Assembly: GCA_976226885.1 (NCBI GenBank) | Contig: OZ320316.1 | Location: 35,526,001 to 35,590,000, forward strand | Reading direction: 5' to 3' | DNA length: 64,000 nt | Source: Iphione sp. A-MEVVRFRX5 | Taxonomy: Eukaryota | Shown here: positions 62,250-64,000 of the stretch, in pieces | Position numbering within the stretch: the stretch's first letter is position 1 | Layout of the letters: the number at the start of each line of letters is the position of its first letter | Program-made: the position numbers and the translations under genes | Notes under the pieces: generated by a model | Databases searched by the model: none | What the model saw: only the letters and a program-made list of their open reading frames with translations | Told to the model about the DNA's origin: nothing

Positions 62250-62860
62250 AGAGGGCGCCAGTTGGCCTGGGTGGTCGTCGCCTCCACACACTTCCTCTAC
62301 AATCCTGCCAATAGCATGACCACCTCTCAGTCCCCCTTCATGCCATCGGGGGCCATCCGAGCAACAACTCCAGGCGTTTATGGTGGCAGGAGGATGAACC
62401 GAGCATCTGCGGGTGGAGCAACTCAATGAGTAATTCCTGAACGCCTCCTTCCTTATACCAACATGTGCTGGCCTGCAGCATCCCTCTCCTACTGCATGCG
62501 CCTGGTAGAATTGGACAAGGGTTTGTGCTATGTAAACTGCACACAGAGGGGGGAAAGCAATAGGGATGCCACTTCCTCCGGCCTCAACTTGCGAGGACGG
62601 CAAAATATCACAGAAGCCATACTAAAGCTAACATCCTCTGGTCGTGGTGGCTTCAACCCCTTCCGTGTCCTTTGCCCTGTTTCCCAAACAGAAGCGAAGA
62701 AGCAGATCTTTACTGCACATTGTATTCTTCCTGTTCTCCTTCTTGTTTCCCTCCTTCCGTCCTGTCTTCCCTGTAGGAAGTGGATCATGTATAATGTATT
62801 GCCAAATGCAAAATTAGCACTTTCTCTTAAAATCTTCTCTCTGTCTCATCCATCGGGATA
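62250..62860 (+). mobile_element. CR1/L2 (Daphne/Crack-like) RT C-terminal remnant
   Basis: LVELDKGL (LG..LD..L.W) and LKLTSSGRGG...EAKKQIFTAHCILPVL (K.SSG.G.L..R...K.IY.A.I.P). Confidence 0.5.
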
Positions 62861-62879
62861 ATAGCTTCCCATAAATGTC

Positions 62880-63370
62880 TTGTCAACCATGGAGCGTCAT
62901 TCACGTTTCTCTCTATAGAGAAGTTATCATTTTACTGATTATTCTCTGGCCAGATTGCAGTGTTTATACCTTATGTCCCCACCTCCACACGACACAGAAT
63001 CTGGCAAGTGTTGGACCCTTCAGGCCCCGCCTCCTGAGTCTGCACTGCTTCCCATCTAACTACAGTCCGACTCTTCCGCTTTAACACACACGGTTAGGAT
63101 ATGTTTCAAAGTCTGTGCTCCTTTAATTATGAAGTGGGCCGCGACACAAATCAGTCTGCGCTGGGTCTCCCCCGACGCCCGCTCCTACCTGTAATCTAGC
63201 CCGGCGGCTGGGAGTGAACATCGAGCGGCCTGGCAGCTGTATCATTATAACCTCCCACGACGGCCGTTTGCAAGACCTATGACCACCTGGAGGACGGGTC
63301 TGATTGACGCCCTGGTAATGGCGGCTCTGCAGCTAAACAGGCTTTACGGTCGGGCCCGTCTACAATAACC
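62880..63370 (+). mobile_element. RTE-like LINE 3' remnant
   Basis: LYREVII (LY.A.V), QISLRWV (RRLRW.GH) and LYH..PRRPFARPMTTWRTGL (P.GKR.RGRP..TW). Confidence 0.4.
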
Positions 63371-63599
63371 CAACACATGCCTGGCTAGCTGAGGGTCGGC
63401 TGGGGTCGCCGCAAGGTCCATCAGTGCGCGAACTCCAAGTCGTTGGATCATGATTTATGGAAAGCCTCCCTTTAAATTGCTGCTACAATGTTAATGGGGG
63501 GCTATTAGCTGCGCCGGCTGAGCGTAGAAATGATCCGTATGTCGATGTCACAATGGCGCATTCCCTCGTTTCCGTGGAGCGCACAGAACCTGCCCCTAG

Positions 63600-64000
63600 G
63601 CCCGTCTATCAAACAAGCAACAGTTCCTTTCAGCAGTTGAGACAAAAGGTTCACTCACGCGACTGGGCGTCAGTTGGCCTTCAGTATTGTATAAACTGTA
63701 CAGAGAGGAATGGGCCCGACGGAGTCGGGGACCTTCATCTTACGGCAATCTCCATTGTTCTCCCTCTTTTTATATCAAATGTGTTCAACCCGTTTCCATT
63801 AGCGATTCTTTCGCATAAAGAATTGGTTCCGCCTCCTCGATTATTTCAAAAGAATCATGTGTTGTTTTGCCAGAGGTTGTTCCCTTTAGGTGGTGTCCTT
63901 ATGTCCCAGTGATTACGATTGACTTCGTGCACATTTCATGCAAAAGAACAAGAAACGCCCGACCTGTCCATTTCTGATTCATAGAATTACAACCTTGTTT
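63600..64000 (+). mobile_element. LINE RT N-terminal remnant (CR1/L2-like)
   Basis: NGPDGVGDLHL..LPLFISNVFNPFP..LVP..FQK (GPDGI...L...L..IFN..P..WK.A.V.P.FKK), then ITIDFVHISCK (RPISLT...CK). Confidence 0.55.

Noticed and set aside
62338-62788. Minus-strand KEGGVQEL read as an L1 GGL motif
   Set aside because: The plus strand gives a longer collinear CR1/L2 match over the same bases.
4820-64000. Apparent sense-strand bias of LINE fossils (about 10 plus vs 4 minus, counting one weak uncalled piece near 21480)
   Set aside because: Not significant (two-sided binomial about 0.18) and several calls are low confidence.
1-64000. rRNA, intact tRNA, CRISPR arrays or prokaryotic operons
   Set aside because: No regularly spaced repeat-spacer array, no full cloverleaf and no dense long ORFs; only a SINE tRNA-like head was seen.

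Overview
Eukaryotic, intron-rich genomic window, probably from an invertebrate. An annelid is the best guess, based on my recollection of the gene family, not a search. The only well-supported gene is on the + strand. Three GT-AG exons (20277-20434, 28644-28770, 47046-47450) join in frame with matching phases and encode an 8-Cys SUEL/Gal_lectin domain followed by a CUB-like domain, separated by 8.2 kb and 18.3 kb introns. I did not find the start codon or the exon after the CUB exon; a 48-nt candidate upstream exon lies at 10594-10641. The rest is intronic or intergenic DNA with GA/CT, GGT and TCTG microsatellites and many decayed mobile elements. These include CR1/L2-, RTE- and L1/Tx1-like LINE pieces, a mariner remnant, a Gypsy-like integrase tail with a chromodomain, possible Merlin and Penelope pieces, a tRNA-derived SINE, and Harbinger-, Tc1/mariner- and Zator-like MITEs. 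CpG-rich patches carry CTCF-, YY1- and CCAAT-like motifs. No rRNA, intact tRNA, CRISPR array or intact transposon ORF was seen. All family assignments are by eye against remembered consensus motifs; no database search was run.
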